NCBI GenBank assembly: GCA_003252515.1
Contig: QKDR01000019.1
Span: 11,110 to 75,109, forward strand
Length of the DNA stretch: 64,000 nucleotides
Direction: 5' to 3'
DNA from: Candidatus Delongbacteria bacterium
GTDB taxonomy: Bacteria; UBA4055
Position numbers and translations under genes: made by a program. Below the pieces are notes generated by a model. The model was not told the DNA's origin and ran no database searches. It worked only from the letters and a program-made list of their open reading frames with translations. Shown here piece by piece: positions 43,984 through 54,203 of the stretch. The number at the start of each line of letters is the position of its first letter. Within the stretch, counting starts at the first letter, position 1.

Positions 43984-45828
43984 TTGAAGAACGTGTCACT
44001 TGCAATACTATTATGCTTAATTGCTGTAAGCAATGTGATGTCTCAGACAAGGGGATCTGCTATAAAGAAAGACAGAAACACCGCAGATAACAGGATCCTT
44101 GACAGACAATTGGCCTACGCTGTTTCTTCAGAGAAGAACGGCAATATCAATTCTGCTTACCAAGCTTACAGTAACCTGATGAAGAGATATCCTGCAGAAA
44201 TTAAAGTCTTAACCGGATTCGTTGACACGAGCATAAAAACTGGTAAAATAAAAGAATGTGAAATATCATTGAAACAGCTGGTCAACAAACATCCCGTTAA
44301 ACAGACGTTTACTGATCCTTCGGACGATTCGTCTTCATACGGAATAAAACTTCTCGGATTCATCGCTGAACTTTATTTCAGGACCGGAAGAAATCCCGAA
44401 GGTTATGAGATAATTACTCTGATAGATTCAGCAAATACTGAAAAGAAATTTAAGAAAGAGATCAAAGCCGCGGTGTTCATGAGATCAGGTTATTCTGAGG
44501 AAGCTGAAAAAATATACAAAGAACTGAGAAAGGAATCCGGAGATGAGAACTCTTATTCAGAGGAACTTTTCCCGATCTATCTCTTACAAAATAAAGTTGA
44601 GAAATTCACAGATGAGCTTATCAGATCCGCAGAATACAAAGATAAAAGACCGGATTCAGGTAAAATTAAAGATGCAGCATCTTTTAATCCGAAAGCCGAG
44701 CTATTAAGACTTTACGAGATCGGAGAGCTCAGAGACTCAATTCTTATGACCGCCGAAAAGTTGTTTCAAAAGAAAGGTTCTAAACATACCGGGCTGATCC
44801 TTTCTGAACTTTATTTCAGTTCGAATGAGTACGATAAAGCTTTTAGTGTCATGAAAAAATTATACGACGAAAAGGAAAGCCGCAGGCTATTAACTGATTT
44901 TGCATTAAAACTGTACAATTCGAAAGAATATGAAAAAGCATCAGATTTTTTCGAACTTCTGTATCAGAATGAAGGATCATCGCCGGATGGAGAACTACTG
45001 AGAATATACATCACCTGCCTTGAAAATTCTTCGAAATTTCTCTCAGCTGAAAATGTCATCAGGGAAAGCGGTATAAAGAACGGGGATCTGATGCTCGCTC
45101 AAATGTACCATAATCATATGGGGAAGTTAAACGAGTCAGCAAATCTGTACAAAAAAAATCTGACTGTCAATAAAAGCCTTTCTCATTACTGGCGGGATTA
45201 TCTGAACCTTATGATCGCTGAAAGGAAATTCAATGAAGCTCAGGATATCCTGTCTGAAATACTGAAAGGAAGTATAATGGATATATTCTCATCGGAGCCG
45301 TTCTTTGAGTTAAAAGCGCTTGAAGCCGAATTGCAGCTTTTTTCAGGTAATAAAGAAAAATTTATTACTCTTTCCGAACCTCTGATAAGAGATGATTTCT
45401 TTTCCGATTATGACAACGATCTTCTGAAAATAAGAAAAGACCTGAATATAATCGGCGGCGACAATGACCTGCTCGATAAATATCTTGAAGTGACCGCCTG
45501 CGGGATTGATATTTCAGGAGGTTTAAGAGAATTGGAATTCGTGTATGAAAAGGAAGGTGATCCCGAAAAGAAGAAACTTATTCTGGAAACGGCCTTAAGA
45601 TATCATATTTTCAGAAACGAAAAATTCGAGGTCATAAAACTTGCAGATTATATTAACGGGTCAGGAGAAATGAACAATTCTTTTGCAAGACTGATAACTG
45701 GTTTTTCGAATAAATTCCACAATGACTCCGATGTGAGAGAACTGCTTCTTGCATTATTAAAAAGCGGAATAGATGAGGAGGTCAAGGCTGAAGTAAGAGA
45801 TTTAATAAGAGAAAGAGAGCCGTCTTGA
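43984..45828 (+). CDS. Exported TPR-like helical repeat protein, translationally coupled to sprA
   Basis: TTG start, signal peptide, and helical repeats (A...Y..L, ELYF....YDKA); 4-nt overlap with sprA. Confidence 0.7.
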   Translation: MKNVSLAILLCLIAVSNVMSQTRGSAIKKDRNTADNRILDRQLAYAVSSEKNGNINSAYQAYSNLMKRYPAEIKVLTGFVDTSIKTGKIKECEISLKQLVNKHPVKQTFTDPSDDSSSYGIKLLGFIAELYFRTGRNPEGYEIITLIDSANTEKKFKKEIKAAVFMRSGYSEEAEKIYKELRKESGDENSYSEELFPIYLLQNKVEKFTDELIRSAEYKDKRPDSGKIKDAASFNPKAELLRLYEIGELRDSILMTAEKLFQKKGSKHTGLILSELYFSSNEYDKAFSVMKKLYDEKESRRLLTDFALKLYNSKEYEKASDFFELLYQNEGSSPDGELLRIYITCLENSSKFLSAENVIRESGIKNGDLMLAQMYHNHMGKLNESANLYKKNLTVNKSLSHYWRDYLNLMIAERKFNEAQDILSEILKGSIMDIFSSEPFFELKALEAELQLFSGNKEKFITLSEPLIRDDFFSDYDNDLLKIRKDLNIIGGDNDLLDKYLEVTACGIDISGGLRELEFVYEKEGDPEKKKLILETALRYHIFRNEKFEVIKLADYINGSGEMNNSFARLITGFSNKFHNDSDVRELLLALLKSGIDEEVKAEVRDLIREREPS

Positions 45829-48800
45829 AGAATTTCAGCCTGAATATCTTATTTTATCTTCTGGCTTCTGTTTTTGTCTTTAAGCTGTCTGCCGAAAGTT
45901 TTCCTGTCAGACCGTTGTCCGACCTGTCCGGTACGGCAGATATTTATTCTGATGTCAGGCTGAACTATCTGGTAGTTTTTGCAAGAGATTCCGTTCTTTT
46001 GAAGGCGGACCCGAAAACATATAATACTGAAGTGGAAATTGACTCCACTTTCCGGTTCGTGACTTTGTATGAAAGAATTTATGATCAGGATGTCAGAACT
46101 CCGAGAACAGTGAAGATAGACGATTTCATAAAGATGAGACTAAATTACGAGAACCGCAATATATGGCTGATCTCAGTAAATAAAAATCTGGGAATTGAAA
46201 CGTCATCGCTACTTTCGGGAGATGAAATAGCTCTGGATATACCTTTCAAGATAAAATCCAAAACATTTCACCGTGTATTTGGTGGAAATAACATCGGTCT
46301 GAGAGTAAAAGGATCGCTTTCGATCAGTATTATAGGTCAGAAAAGCTACACCGATCTGCCTAACGCCGAGAATGAAAGTTTCGATTTCACGCTTGATCAG
46401 ACACAGAACATATCAATCAGGGGCAAAGTTGGAACTAAAGTGGATGTCGATATCGCTCAGAATACCGAATCATTCGATTTCGAGAACTCTTTAAAGATCA
46501 CTTATACAGGGGAGAGTGATGAAATAATTCAGAAACTTGAAGCCGGTAACATAGGCCTGAGTCTTCCCGGTACGAGGTATGTCAGTTTCAGCGGGGTTAA
46601 TAAAGGGCTCTTCGGATTAAAAGCAGAAACAAAGATCGGGAACCTGAAATCGACTTCAATAATGTCTTTCGAGAAAGGCAAGAAGAACCAAATTCACGCA
46701 CCAAACGGTGTCAGCAACCATGTGATTTCTCCGCGTGCGGACGAGTTTGAACGATATAAATATTTTTTCATTGACGAAGATTTCAGGGAGAACATGGGTT
46801 CCGCCGCCAATTTTCAAAATCTTACAGAGCATACAGCGCTCGAGACACCTTTATATAAGATAAAGAATTATTCTTTTCAACTTTTTATTACCAGATCGTC
46901 AACAGGTACGCGATATAATGCCGATATTTATATTGATTTCCTGAACAGGAACGATTCTTTAACGATAGGCGGAGTGGATAATCTATATGAAACATCCGTT
47001 GTAAAGCTTGTTGAAGACGACGAATATGAAATCAATTACGAACTCGGTTATATCAGACTGAAATCATTAAATCTCAGCGGTGATGAGATCCTTGCCGCAA
47101 GGTATATAAAACAGAATAAAACTAATACAAGCCAGCAGTATTCGGTCGGCAGTATCGATTCTACAGGGACAAAACTGGAACTTCAAATACTGGGTCAATG
47201 CGGTCAGGACCCATCCAATCCGTGGGATAAGCTCGAATGGAAGAACGTATATTCTCTAGGCGGAGTTGATATATCTGCGGATGAATTTAAACTTACGGTT
47301 CAGAAGAAGGAACCTACAGGTGTGAAAACGGAAGAATATGACTCTTCAGGAAATCCGAAATCATACTTATACTGGTTCGATATCAGCGATCCTGAAGTTC
47401 ATGACGAAGTCGATATTAAATTTCTGAACCAGTCAAAGGGAGAATTTATCTTTCCGTCACTGACGCCGTTCATGCCTGACCCGGCAACAAGCGTTATTTA
47501 TCGCGAAGCGGCTTCCGACACTCTTTTTACGGAACCTTTTATATACACTAACACTTCATCGTCATATACAACTTCAGATTTTAATCTGAAGTTCGAATTC
47601 TTCAGCAAATCAAGCACATATCCTCTCGGATTCAATGTGATCGAAGGATCAGAGGTTGTAAGGTCGGGGGCTACAACACTTGTCAAGGATGTTGATTATG
47701 TAATAAACTACAATTCCGGTGACCTGACGATAATAAATGAAAGGTATCTTACGGCGGATATAGACATTCTATATGAATCTGCGACGCTGTTTCAGCTCGA
47801 TCAGAAAATGCTTCTGGGTAACAGGCTCGAATACAGCTTCGGGAAGAATTCTTATATCGGAGCTACGGTATTATATCTGTCGGAAGAGACTAACGAAGAA
47901 AGAGTTCATGTCGGATATGAGCCCAAACAGAATCTTGTACTCGACCTTAACGGTCAGTCTGATTTCGATCTTCCGTTCCTCACGAAAGCCGTCGACTGGC
48001 TGCCTTTAATAGAAACAGATAAGGAATCCAATATTTCTTTCGAAGGAGAGATCGCCCAGATAATACCGAACCCGAACCCGCTTGGGGCGGCGTATATTGA
48101 TGATTTCGAGAACAGCAAAATAAAGAAAACTCTTGGAATAAGTTACGGATCGTGGACGGAAGCGTCTTTTCCGGATGAATACAGTACTTTTAAAAACTAT
48201 TCTCTGCTCCCGGAAGTAGATTCACTGGGAATACCGTTCCAGTATTTTTTAAAATCATATTCAGGTAGTGAAGATCTGTCATTTTACTGGTATAACCCTA
48301 AAGATGAAAATAAATACATTAAAGATCAGATATACAATGATGTTCCGGGAGATCAGAAGAATGATAAAGTAAATACTCTTAACATAGTTTTTACACCGTC
48401 AGTTTCCAATCCTGCGTTCGAGGACGAAAATATCAATGCAGCAGATTCATGGGGCGGAGTTATGAGATACCTTTATTCAGGTTATCAGGACATGCGTGAG
48501 ATAAAATATATAGAATTCCTTGCATCCGCGTCAAGAGATATAACGCTTAATATTGATATAGGTGATCTAAGTGAAGATGTTATACCTAACGGTGATCTGA
48601 ATACTGAAGATTTTAAATATGAGAACAATGTGCTGGATGTGGGAAGTGACTCTGAAGATGTAGGTGTTGATCAAATATCCGGTGATAATGATTATCATGC
48701 TTTAACCGATCCTGAAGGAAGAGAAAAGAAGTTCTATGAATTTTTTTCATTTGACAACCATCCTGCTCAGGACGGAAGCCCTACACCTGATTCGCAGATC

Positions 48801-51800
48801 GGTAACGACTGGGACTTCTGCAAAACTGAAAATAACGGGAAACTGGATTCGGAGGACCTTGACGGAAGTAATGATGTTGACAGAAGTATTCGGGCATACA
48901 GATATACAATAAACCTGAAATCGGATCCGGGCCTAGATAACGAATATGTGGTCAGTGTTGATTTCGGTTCAGATTTCGCGCTGTACAGGATACCGGTCAA
49001 GGATTTTAAAACCTATCTTAATAAAGAACCTGATCTTTCAAGAATGAAATATATAAAATTATGGTTGAATAATGCTAAAGATGATCTTTATCCCTCAAAA
49101 GTTGATTTCGTCAGTTTTGATCTTGTAGGCAACGAGTGGGCTGCAAAGGGTGACAACATAGGACTGGTCGAACCAAAGACCATTAACAATGAAGAAGATA
49201 AGGAGCGGTATCAATCTCCTCCGGGCGTGAAAAGATACGACGATAACGGAAATCTGGAACCTGAACAGTCATTAGCGTTGAGCATAAGTTTGACTGATAA
49301 TTTAAGTGCATATGAATATGAAAATCCGGGAAGATATGCTTTTCTTACAAAAAAGATAAATGAGGGAGAGAACTATCTACTTTATGAACAGCTTAAAATG
49401 TTCGTTCATGGCGGTACTCCGGCGTTAAATACGGAATGGGATGAGGAAAGATCTCTATATTTTATCTACAGGTTCGGAACGGATTCAGTCAATTATTACG
49501 AGTATCGGTCGAAACTGGTTAAAGGATGGAAGAGCGACCTGGTTAATAATCAGATGGTGATCGAATTGACTGACCTAACAAATCTGAAGACATCAAGATC
49601 AGATACAGGAAGTCCGGTCGATTCAATATATCTGGTCAATTATAAAGACGATAATATAAAAAGATATATCGGTATCAGGGGGAACCCTACTCTTCAGTCT
49701 GTAAAATTCTTTAACGCCGGAATACTTGATTCCGCATATACGGAGCTGAATACAGAGATCTGGATCGACGAGCTCAGACTTGCTAAAGTAACTAAAGAGA
49801 CAGGTATGGCTATGAGGGCTAAAACTCATATTCAGGTAGCCGATGTGGGTACTATCGACGCTGAAGTCACGAAACAGGATGAAGAATTTCACAGGATCGA
49901 GGAAAATAAAGGTTCCGGTGTAAATCAGCTTAGTACCAGTTTTAATACGTCATTGAACTTAGATAAGCTGACACCGAAAAAATGGGGACTGTCGCTTCCG
50001 GTAAGGTACAGTTATAATAATGCCGATTCATACACAAAATATCAGGGGACAACGGATATACTGGTCGATAAGGATAATATTCCGGACTCGGTAAGAACAC
50101 GGACAACAAGGAATCAGTATGATTTCTCTATTAGAAAAACATCAAAATCCAACAGTCCGTATCTAAAATATACACTGGATAATTTAAGTCTTACCGGAAA
50201 TGCATCCTTCAGTGATGCATCAAATCCAAGCTATATCTCACAGAAGACCGAGGCTTATAATTATAATCTTGGATATTCTCTCGGTCTGCCTGATTCGTGG
50301 TTCAGCTTCAGCCCGTTCGGATGGGGAAAAGATATCTCGTTTTTCAAAAGCATCAGCGGTGTTAAATTCGCGTTCTTCCCGAACAGCTACAATTTCTCAA
50401 TACAGTCCGGTCAGTCGGAAACTGTTTCTCTTTCCAGGCGCACTAATGCGACTCCGACGGCAAGCCGTTCTTTTTTGGTCACAAGGAATTTCTCGACGAG
50501 TCTTACTCCATTACCTTTCATAACTTCGAATTATTCCCTTTCACTCAAGTCGGATATGTATAAAAAGGCCGTTGAAACGAACAGACTTGATACAGATACT
50601 GTGATCACTGTATACAACAGAGATATCGGCGATCTTTTCAAATTAGATTTCGGAGAACTGACCAGCTTTGACAATACATTAAAGAACAACGTTAAGATAA
50701 ACGCGTCAAAATATCTGACTAACGATCTAAGTTATAATACCGGGTATAACTGGACAGGAAATCTGACGAGTGCAATACCCAGCAGCAATATAAAGAACAG
50801 GTACGATTCCAAACTTAATTCCAGGATTAAAGTAAAGGAAATTATCGGAAGCGTCCAGGCAGGTATAAGTAATATTTTTCCCGAAAAGAAGATCAGTGAT
50901 AACAGAGATCAGAAAGACTCAGTGAAAGTTGTTACCGAAGAAGATAAAAAGCAGTCAGGCGCATCAAGATTGTCAAGAACCAGTACAGCATCTTCAGGCA
51001 AAAAGAAATCAATTCTGGATTTTATTAAAAATAATCTTTCAGATATTGCTTTATCATATTCTCAGGGAAGGGAAAACTCGTTCTCTGATATTAAATCTCT
51101 CGATCAGGCAAACCCTTTATTCATGTTAGGATTCTCAAGTGAACCTGAAGATGAAAATTATTCTTCATCAAGCTGGAGCGGCAACTGGGGAATGAGCGGG
51201 AATACAAGACTAAGTCTAACCAAAAATTTGAGTTTTGACGGGATATCGTACCAGTTCACAAGATCATACAGGCAGAATAATAATGAAGGTTTTACAGGTA
51301 GCGACAGCGAGACGAAGTTCATTTGGCCCTGGGTAACCGACGAAGAGCACAGGAAAACAGGAGCCAATCCCCTGATCCTTCCAAATTATTCTATTACGAT
51401 CTCAGGTCTTAAAGACTTGCTGCAGGCAAAAGAAAGTATATCCAGTCTGACTATCACTCATTCAAAATCCGGATCTGAAACAAAATCATGGTATATTGAC
51501 GGAGATGCTCCGGGAATGTATCTTACAGGTATTCCGGATCTCGCCGGATCAGACCTCAGGATCAGATCTGTAGGATATGCTACAGGATTTTCACCGCTGG
51601 CAGGAATAAGCCTGAGTTTAAAGAACGGGCTGAGTTTTAGCGCGAATTATAATTATTCGTTCGATATGAAAGAAAACTATATTTATAATGATGAAAATAA
51701 AAGTATCCAGTCCGGTGACAAGAAATATACAAGAGAATTACGAGTGTCGGCGGGATATAACCAGAAAGGCGGTTTCGACGTGCCGTTCAATTTCTGGCCT

Positions 51801-52097
51801 TTCAACGGGAAGAGACTTGACAATGATATAACCTATAACCTGTCGGTTACATATAATTCGAACGATACTCACAAATACGATATCGAGCTTAAAGAATATG
51901 AAGGACTGGATAACGGCATCAAATCCGATAATTTCACGGTCTCACCCGACATAACATATAAAATTTCCAGAAAACTGAACGGCACGATATCATACTCGTA
52001 CAATTATAATGAAAGCAAAAGCTACGAAGCGAGAAGCATAGTAAACACAAATCATAAATTCGAGCTAAGAGCCGTACTCAGTATAACAGGGAGATAG
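45825..52097 (+). CDS. sprA: SprA/Sov-like large outer-membrane beta-barrel (T9SS translocon family)
   Basis: 2090 aa; FDFEN.LKI.YTG..DEIIQKLEAGNI.L.LP, GLFGLK...K.G.L, G..V....T.L....DY..NY..G, AYIDDFE, WGGVMR, G.LSEDV, Y..LKMFVH, RFG.D..NYYEY, EIW.DELRL; C-terminal amphipathic strands. Confidence 0.88.
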   Translation: MKNFSLNILFYLLASVFVFKLSAESFPVRPLSDLSGTADIYSDVRLNYLVVFARDSVLLKADPKTYNTEVEIDSTFRFVTLYERIYDQDVRTPRTVKIDDFIKMRLNYENRNIWLISVNKNLGIETSSLLSGDEIALDIPFKIKSKTFHRVFGGNNIGLRVKGSLSISIIGQKSYTDLPNAENESFDFTLDQTQNISIRGKVGTKVDVDIAQNTESFDFENSLKITYTGESDEIIQKLEAGNIGLSLPGTRYVSFSGVNKGLFGLKAETKIGNLKSTSIMSFEKGKKNQIHAPNGVSNHVISPRADEFERYKYFFIDEDFRENMGSAANFQNLTEHTALETPLYKIKNYSFQLFITRSSTGTRYNADIYIDFLNRNDSLTIGGVDNLYETSVVKLVEDDEYEINYELGYIRLKSLNLSGDEILAARYIKQNKTNTSQQYSVGSIDSTGTKLELQILGQCGQDPSNPWDKLEWKNVYSLGGVDISADEFKLTVQKKEPTGVKTEEYDSSGNPKSYLYWFDISDPEVHDEVDIKFLNQSKGEFIFPSLTPFMPDPATSVIYREAASDTLFTEPFIYTNTSSSYTTSDFNLKFEFFSKSSTYPLGFNVIEGSEVVRSGATTLVKDVDYVINYNSGDLTIINERYLTADIDILYESATLFQLDQKMLLGNRLEYSFGKNSYIGATVLYLSEETNEERVHVGYEPKQNLVLDLNGQSDFDLPFLTKAVDWLPLIETDKESNISFEGEIAQIIPNPNPLGAAYIDDFENSKIKKTLGISYGSWTEASFPDEYSTFKNYSLLPEVDSLGIPFQYFLKSYSGSEDLSFYWYNPKDENKYIKDQIYNDVPGDQKNDKVNTLNIVFTPSVSNPAFEDENINAADSWGGVMRYLYSGYQDMREIKYIEFLASASRDITLNIDIGDLSEDVIPNGDLNTEDFKYENNVLDVGSDSEDVGVDQISGDNDYHALTDPEGREKKFYEFFSFDNHPAQDGSPTPDSQIGNDWDFCKTENNGKLDSEDLDGSNDVDRSIRAYRYTINLKSDPGLDNEYVVSVDFGSDFALYRIPVKDFKTYLNKEPDLSRMKYIKLWLNNAKDDLYPSKVDFVSFDLVGNEWAAKGDNIGLVEPKTINNEEDKERYQSPPGVKRYDDNGNLEPEQSLALSISLTDNLSAYEYENPGRYAFLTKKINEGENYLLYEQLKMFVHGGTPALNTEWDEERSLYFIYRFGTDSVNYYEYRSKLVKGWKSDLVNNQMVIELTDLTNLKTSRSDTGSPVDSIYLVNYKDDNIKRYIGIRGNPTLQSVKFFNAGILDSAYTELNTEIWIDELRLAKVTKETGMAMRAKTHIQVADVGTIDAEVTKQDEEFHRIEENKGSGVNQLSTSFNTSLNLDKLTPKKWGLSLPVRYSYNNADSYTKYQGTTDILVDKDNIPDSVRTRTTRNQYDFSIRKTSKSNSPYLKYTLDNLSLTGNASFSDASNPSYISQKTEAYNYNLGYSLGLPDSWFSFSPFGWGKDISFFKSISGVKFAFFPNSYNFSIQSGQSETVSLSRRTNATPTASRSFLVTRNFSTSLTPLPFITSNYSLSLKSDMYKKAVETNRLDTDTVITVYNRDIGDLFKLDFGELTSFDNTLKNNVKINASKYLTNDLSYNTGYNWTGNLTSAIPSSNIKNRYDSKLNSRIKVKEIIGSVQAGISNIFPEKKISDNRDQKDSVKVVTEEDKKQSGASRLSRTSTASSGKKKSILDFIKNNLSDIALSYSQGRENSFSDIKSLDQANPLFMLGFSSEPEDENYSSSSWSGNWGMSGNTRLSLTKNLSFDGISYQFTRSYRQNNNEGFTGSDSETKFIWPWVTDEEHRKTGANPLILPNYSITISGLKDLLQAKESISSLTITHSKSGSETKSWYIDGDAPGMYLTGIPDLAGSDLRIRSVGYATGFSPLAGISLSLKNGLSFSANYNYSFDMKENYIYNDENKSIQSGDKKYTRELRVSAGYNQKGGFDVPFNFWPFNGKRLDNDITYNLSVTYNSNDTHKYDIELKEYEGLDNGIKSDNFTVSPDITYKISRKLNGTISYSYNYNESKSYEARSIVNTNHKFELRAVLSITGR

Positions 52098-52099
52098 AA

Positions 52100-53347
52100 T
52101 TGACGGACCTTTTCTCATATCAGACGGACGAACCTGAAGAAAAACCTGAGAAAAAAAATGAGGAATCCGTTTATTCTGTACATGAAATATCTATGCTGGT
52201 CAAAGGAATTCTCGAACCTGAATTCTCAGATATCTGGATAGAAGGTGAAATGTCAAACTACAAGAAACACAGTTCGGGACATCATTATTTCAGTCTGAAG
52301 GACGAAAAAGCCGTTATCAGTTGCGTAATGTGGAGAAGTACGGGAGACAGGCTGGATTTTGCTCCAGAAAACGGACAAAAAGTCAAATTAAGGGGAAGTA
52401 TAACTGTTTATGAGGCAAGCGGCAGATATCAGGTGGACGTTAAAAAGATAGTACTTTCAGGTATAGGTTATCTGCAGGCTCAATTCGAGGCGCTGAAGAG
52501 AAAGCTGTTCGAGGAAGGTCTTTTCGGTCAGGCGCACAAAAAACGCCTTCCGTTCCTCGTAAGGAACCTGGGTGTAGTGACAGCGGAGACCGGGGCCGCG
52601 TTCCAGGATATAAAAAAAGTGATCCGTTCAAGATCACCGTTCATGAATATCTATTTATACAATGCAAGAGTACAGGGGAAAGGAACTGAAGCAGAGATCG
52701 TTGACGGTATCCGTTATTTCAATTCAAAATCCGGACTGGTCGACGTGATCATTATCGGGAGGGGAGGCGGATCGCTTGAAGATCTGTGGACTTTTAATGA
52801 GGAGGTCGTAGCCAGGGCTGTTTACGATTCCGGGATACCTGTCATATCGGCAGTCGGGCACGAGATTGATTTTTCGATCTCCGACTTCGTCGCCGATATA
52901 AGAGCCGCTACGCCTTCACACGCTGCTGAGATCGTCAGTCTGAACGCTAAAGAAGAGCTTTATAAAATATCTCAATACGAATCCAGAGTGAACAACCTTG
53001 TCGTTTCATATTTCAATTTTCAGAAGGAAAAGATAAGAGGGATCGAGAATTCGCACGCTTTCAGAATGCCTGAGGATATTATAAAAAACTACTCGATGTC
53101 CCTTGATAATCTTGAGGATAATTTCGACAGCTACTTCAGTCAGAGAATATCGAACGACAAACTGAGACTTGAGCATTTTGAGACGATCTTCAGATCGCTT
53201 AATCCTGAATCCGTGCTTAACAGAGGTTATGCGATAGTAAAGGATAAAAAGACCTCAAAGATATTATCCGAAGCTAAACGGATAATAAAAGGTCAGGAAC
53301 TCGAGATCAAGTTCAAAGACGGCAGTATTGACGCTGTCAGCGAGTAA
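52100..53347 (+). CDS. xseA: Exodeoxyribonuclease VII large subunit
   Basis: W.EGE.SN...H.SGH.YFSLKD, GAA..D, VQG, IIGRGGGS.EDLW.FNEE, SAVGHE.D....DFVAD.RA.TPS.AAE, LNP..VL.RGY. Confidence 0.96.
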   Translation: MTDLFSYQTDEPEEKPEKKNEESVYSVHEISMLVKGILEPEFSDIWIEGEMSNYKKHSSGHHYFSLKDEKAVISCVMWRSTGDRLDFAPENGQKVKLRGSITVYEASGRYQVDVKKIVLSGIGYLQAQFEALKRKLFEEGLFGQAHKKRLPFLVRNLGVVTAETGAAFQDIKKVIRSRSPFMNIYLYNARVQGKGTEAEIVDGIRYFNSKSGLVDVIIIGRGGGSLEDLWTFNEEVVARAVYDSGIPVISAVGHEIDFSISDFVADIRAATPSHAAEIVSLNAKEELYKISQYESRVNNLVVSYFNFQKEKIRGIENSHAFRMPEDIIKNYSMSLDNLEDNFDSYFSQRISNDKLRLEHFETIFRSLNPESVLNRGYAIVKDKKTSKILSEAKRIIKGQELEIKFKDGSIDAVSE

Positions 53348-54203
53348 TTTTTTTAAGGCTGCGTTTCATCGACGAGTAAAATAAATAAGATAAATTAATA
53401 CGGCCTAAGAAACCTTTAATGAACTTAGATTTGAATTTTCCCATAGTATAGAAGAAAGGATTGAATACGATTGATCCGAAGGTCGAAGTGAGTAGCCCGT
53501 AACGTATGTTTTTTCTGAATTCAGGATATTTTTGTATGAGAAGCGAAAGATTTTTGCCTGAATTTTCCAGTTGATCAAGCCACTGAAATACGGTTTTATC
53601 GTGATAATGTAACAAGCTGTTCGTGCGGACGAAAGATATTTTTCCTCCTTCCGATTCTATGCGCAGACCGAGCTCGGGATCTTCCCATCCGTAGCCTTCA
53701 AAGTTCTCGTCGAATTTTCCGATGCGTTCGAAGAACGGTCTTTTTATGCTGCAGAACGCAGTAGTGAAATAATTGCTTTTAACGTTCTGACCTGACCCTT
53801 TCCTGTTAGCGCCGCGCGTGTTGAGGAATTCGTTCAGGAACGATCCCTTACCGTCAGTTCTGATATTGACGACATTGGAGAAAACCGCGTCCGCGCCGTT
53901 CTCAAGTTCAGCCAGATGTTTTGCGAACATGTTCTCTTTTACTTTGATATCGTCGTCAATGAAGAAAAGCACGGGGTGCTTACAGACCGCGGCGCCCCTG
54001 TTCCTCGACTTCGAACGCCCGATATTAACATCGTTGTTCATGACCGTCACTCTAGCGTCGCCGAATTCGCCGATCGCACATTCAGGACAGTCGTTCACGA
54101 TCACGATCTCGAACTTATCCCTGATATCAAGTTCGAGGATCGAACTAACCGTTCTTTTAAGCGCATCAGGCCTGTTATATGTCGGGATTACTATCGAGAA
54201 CAT
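53337..54203 (-). CDS. Glycosyltransferase family 2
   Basis: SIVIPTYNR, IVIVND, S.SRN.G, FIDDD, IG.FDE.F.GYGWED.ELG.R. Confidence 0.92.
   Translation of the reverse strand: MFSIVIPTYNRPDALKRTVSSILELDIRDKFEIVIVNDCPECAIGEFGDARVTVMNNDVNIGRSKSRNRGAAVCKHPVLFFIDDDIKVKENMFAKHLAELENGADAVFSNVVNIRTDGKGSFLNEFLNTRGANRKGSGQNVKSNYFTTAFCSIKRPFFERIGKFDENFEGYGWEDPELGLRIESEGGKISFVRTNSLLHYHDKTVFQWLDQLENSGKNLSLLIQKYPEFRKNIRYGLLTSTFGSIVFNPFFYTMGKFKSKFIKGFLGRINLSYLFYSSMKRSLKKITR

Noticed and set aside
52100..53347. xseA without an adjacent xseB
   Set aside because: The two genes are often unlinked, so the absence within one window is uninformative.
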